Below, piece by piece: positions 63,531-64,000 of a stretch of 64,000 nt of DNA. The first letter of the stretch is position 1, and each line of letters begins with the position of its first letter. Under the pieces are notes generated by a model. The model made no database searches. It saw only the letters and a list, made by a program, of their open reading frames with translations, and was not told where the DNA came from. The DNA is from Cyanidioschyzon merolae (lineage: Eukaryota): assembly GCA_000091205.1 (NCBI GenBank), contig AP006498.2; one strand, 5' to 3'. The translations under genes were made by a program, and so were the position numbers.

Positions 63531-64000
63531 ATGATTTCTCACATGGGATTTGCTCCCAGAGGCTCACGTCTCTTCTCTGGGGATCGAGCAGGTTCTTGGA
63601 CTCGGACTTGAGCCATCGCAGCGATCGCTTCCTGCGGGGCGTGTATCACCGTTTTGCCCGATGAGAGTGTAGACGCAACGAAATTTCTCGGCGTGTGTTT
63701 GAGCCTCGATTCTCTGCAAGGTAATAGGTTCATCAAGGAAAAGCTGACGTTTCACATATCCTCGATCCAATAGAGCCGCCTGCGTTTGGGCGTGCAACGG
63801 ACAATGTACTCGCCGAGCGCATCGCCCAGAAGAGGCGGATGCTCGTATGGTACTGCACCGAGCACCAAGACGGGGGCGCGCATCAAGCGATGCCTTCTGC
63901 ACTCGTCCAGAGCATGAACCAAGCGATGAAGCAGGCGTCAACGCGCCATAGAGCAGCCTTCCGCGGCGGCGAGTTGATGCACGTGCTTGAAAACATGACC
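63531..64000 (-). repeat. Dispersed repeat family A, copy 2, inverted relative to copy 1 and truncated by the window end
   Basis: The reverse complement is ~99.5% identical to 40433..40902. It contains the same 125-aa and 65-aa ORFs (63564..63941 and 63539..63736). Confidence 0.85.

Noticed and set aside
40433-64000. Family A inverted copies as terminal inverted repeats of one giant (~23.5-kb) transposon
   Set aside because: The intervening DNA carries core housekeeping genes (ValRS, RPN1, a SNARE) with host-like composition. Dispersed copies of a smaller element, or a segmental duplication, are more plausible.

Overview
Best reading: a 64-kb stretch of nuclear DNA from a compact, GC-rich (~55-58%), essentially intron-free eukaryote with plastid-related nuclear genes. 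Intron-less genes, plastid-type proteins (a fibrillin and a CrtI/CRTISO-like oxidoreductase) and a permuted tRNA gene together point to a cyanidiophyte red alga (Cyanidioschyzon-like) or a prasinophyte-like alga. This attribution is inference, not proof. About 25 protein genes lie on both strands with short intergenic spacers. Note that the supplied ORF track sometimes starts ORFs at GTG/TTG and runs far upstream of the likely ATG, so several starts were re-set by hand.

Confident calls: sphingolipid delta4-desaturase, Aha1, DUF647/RUS, DEAD-box Dbp5/DDX19, spermidine synthase, fibrillin, a USP deubiquitinase, TIM14/Pam18, Snu13, a Bet1-like SNARE, proteasome Rpn1, a CRTISO-like FAD oxidoreductase, valyl-tRNA synthetase and APC10. 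Orphan or weakly characterised ORFs include a coiled-coil protein, a 900-aa and a 684-aa hypothetical, and a tandem-repeat protein.

Standout observations:
1. A permuted tRNA-Lys(UUU) gene (3' half upstream of 5' half, TATA-like box, T-run terminator). Standard tRNA scanners would miss it.
2. A single 1407-aa ORF fusing a bacterial SbcD/Mre11-type nuclease to an SbcC/Rad50-type ABC ATPase with a CxxC hook, behind a transit-peptide-like N-terminus. This is a candidate organelle-targeted DNA-repair system not described in eukaryotes.
3. Two dispersed repeat families. Family A is a near-identical inverted pair about 22.6 kb apart. Family B is a diverged ~1.1-kb direct pair.
4. Two perfect tandem-repeat arrays (87 bp and 162 bp), plus a degenerate transposase-like remnant at the left edge.
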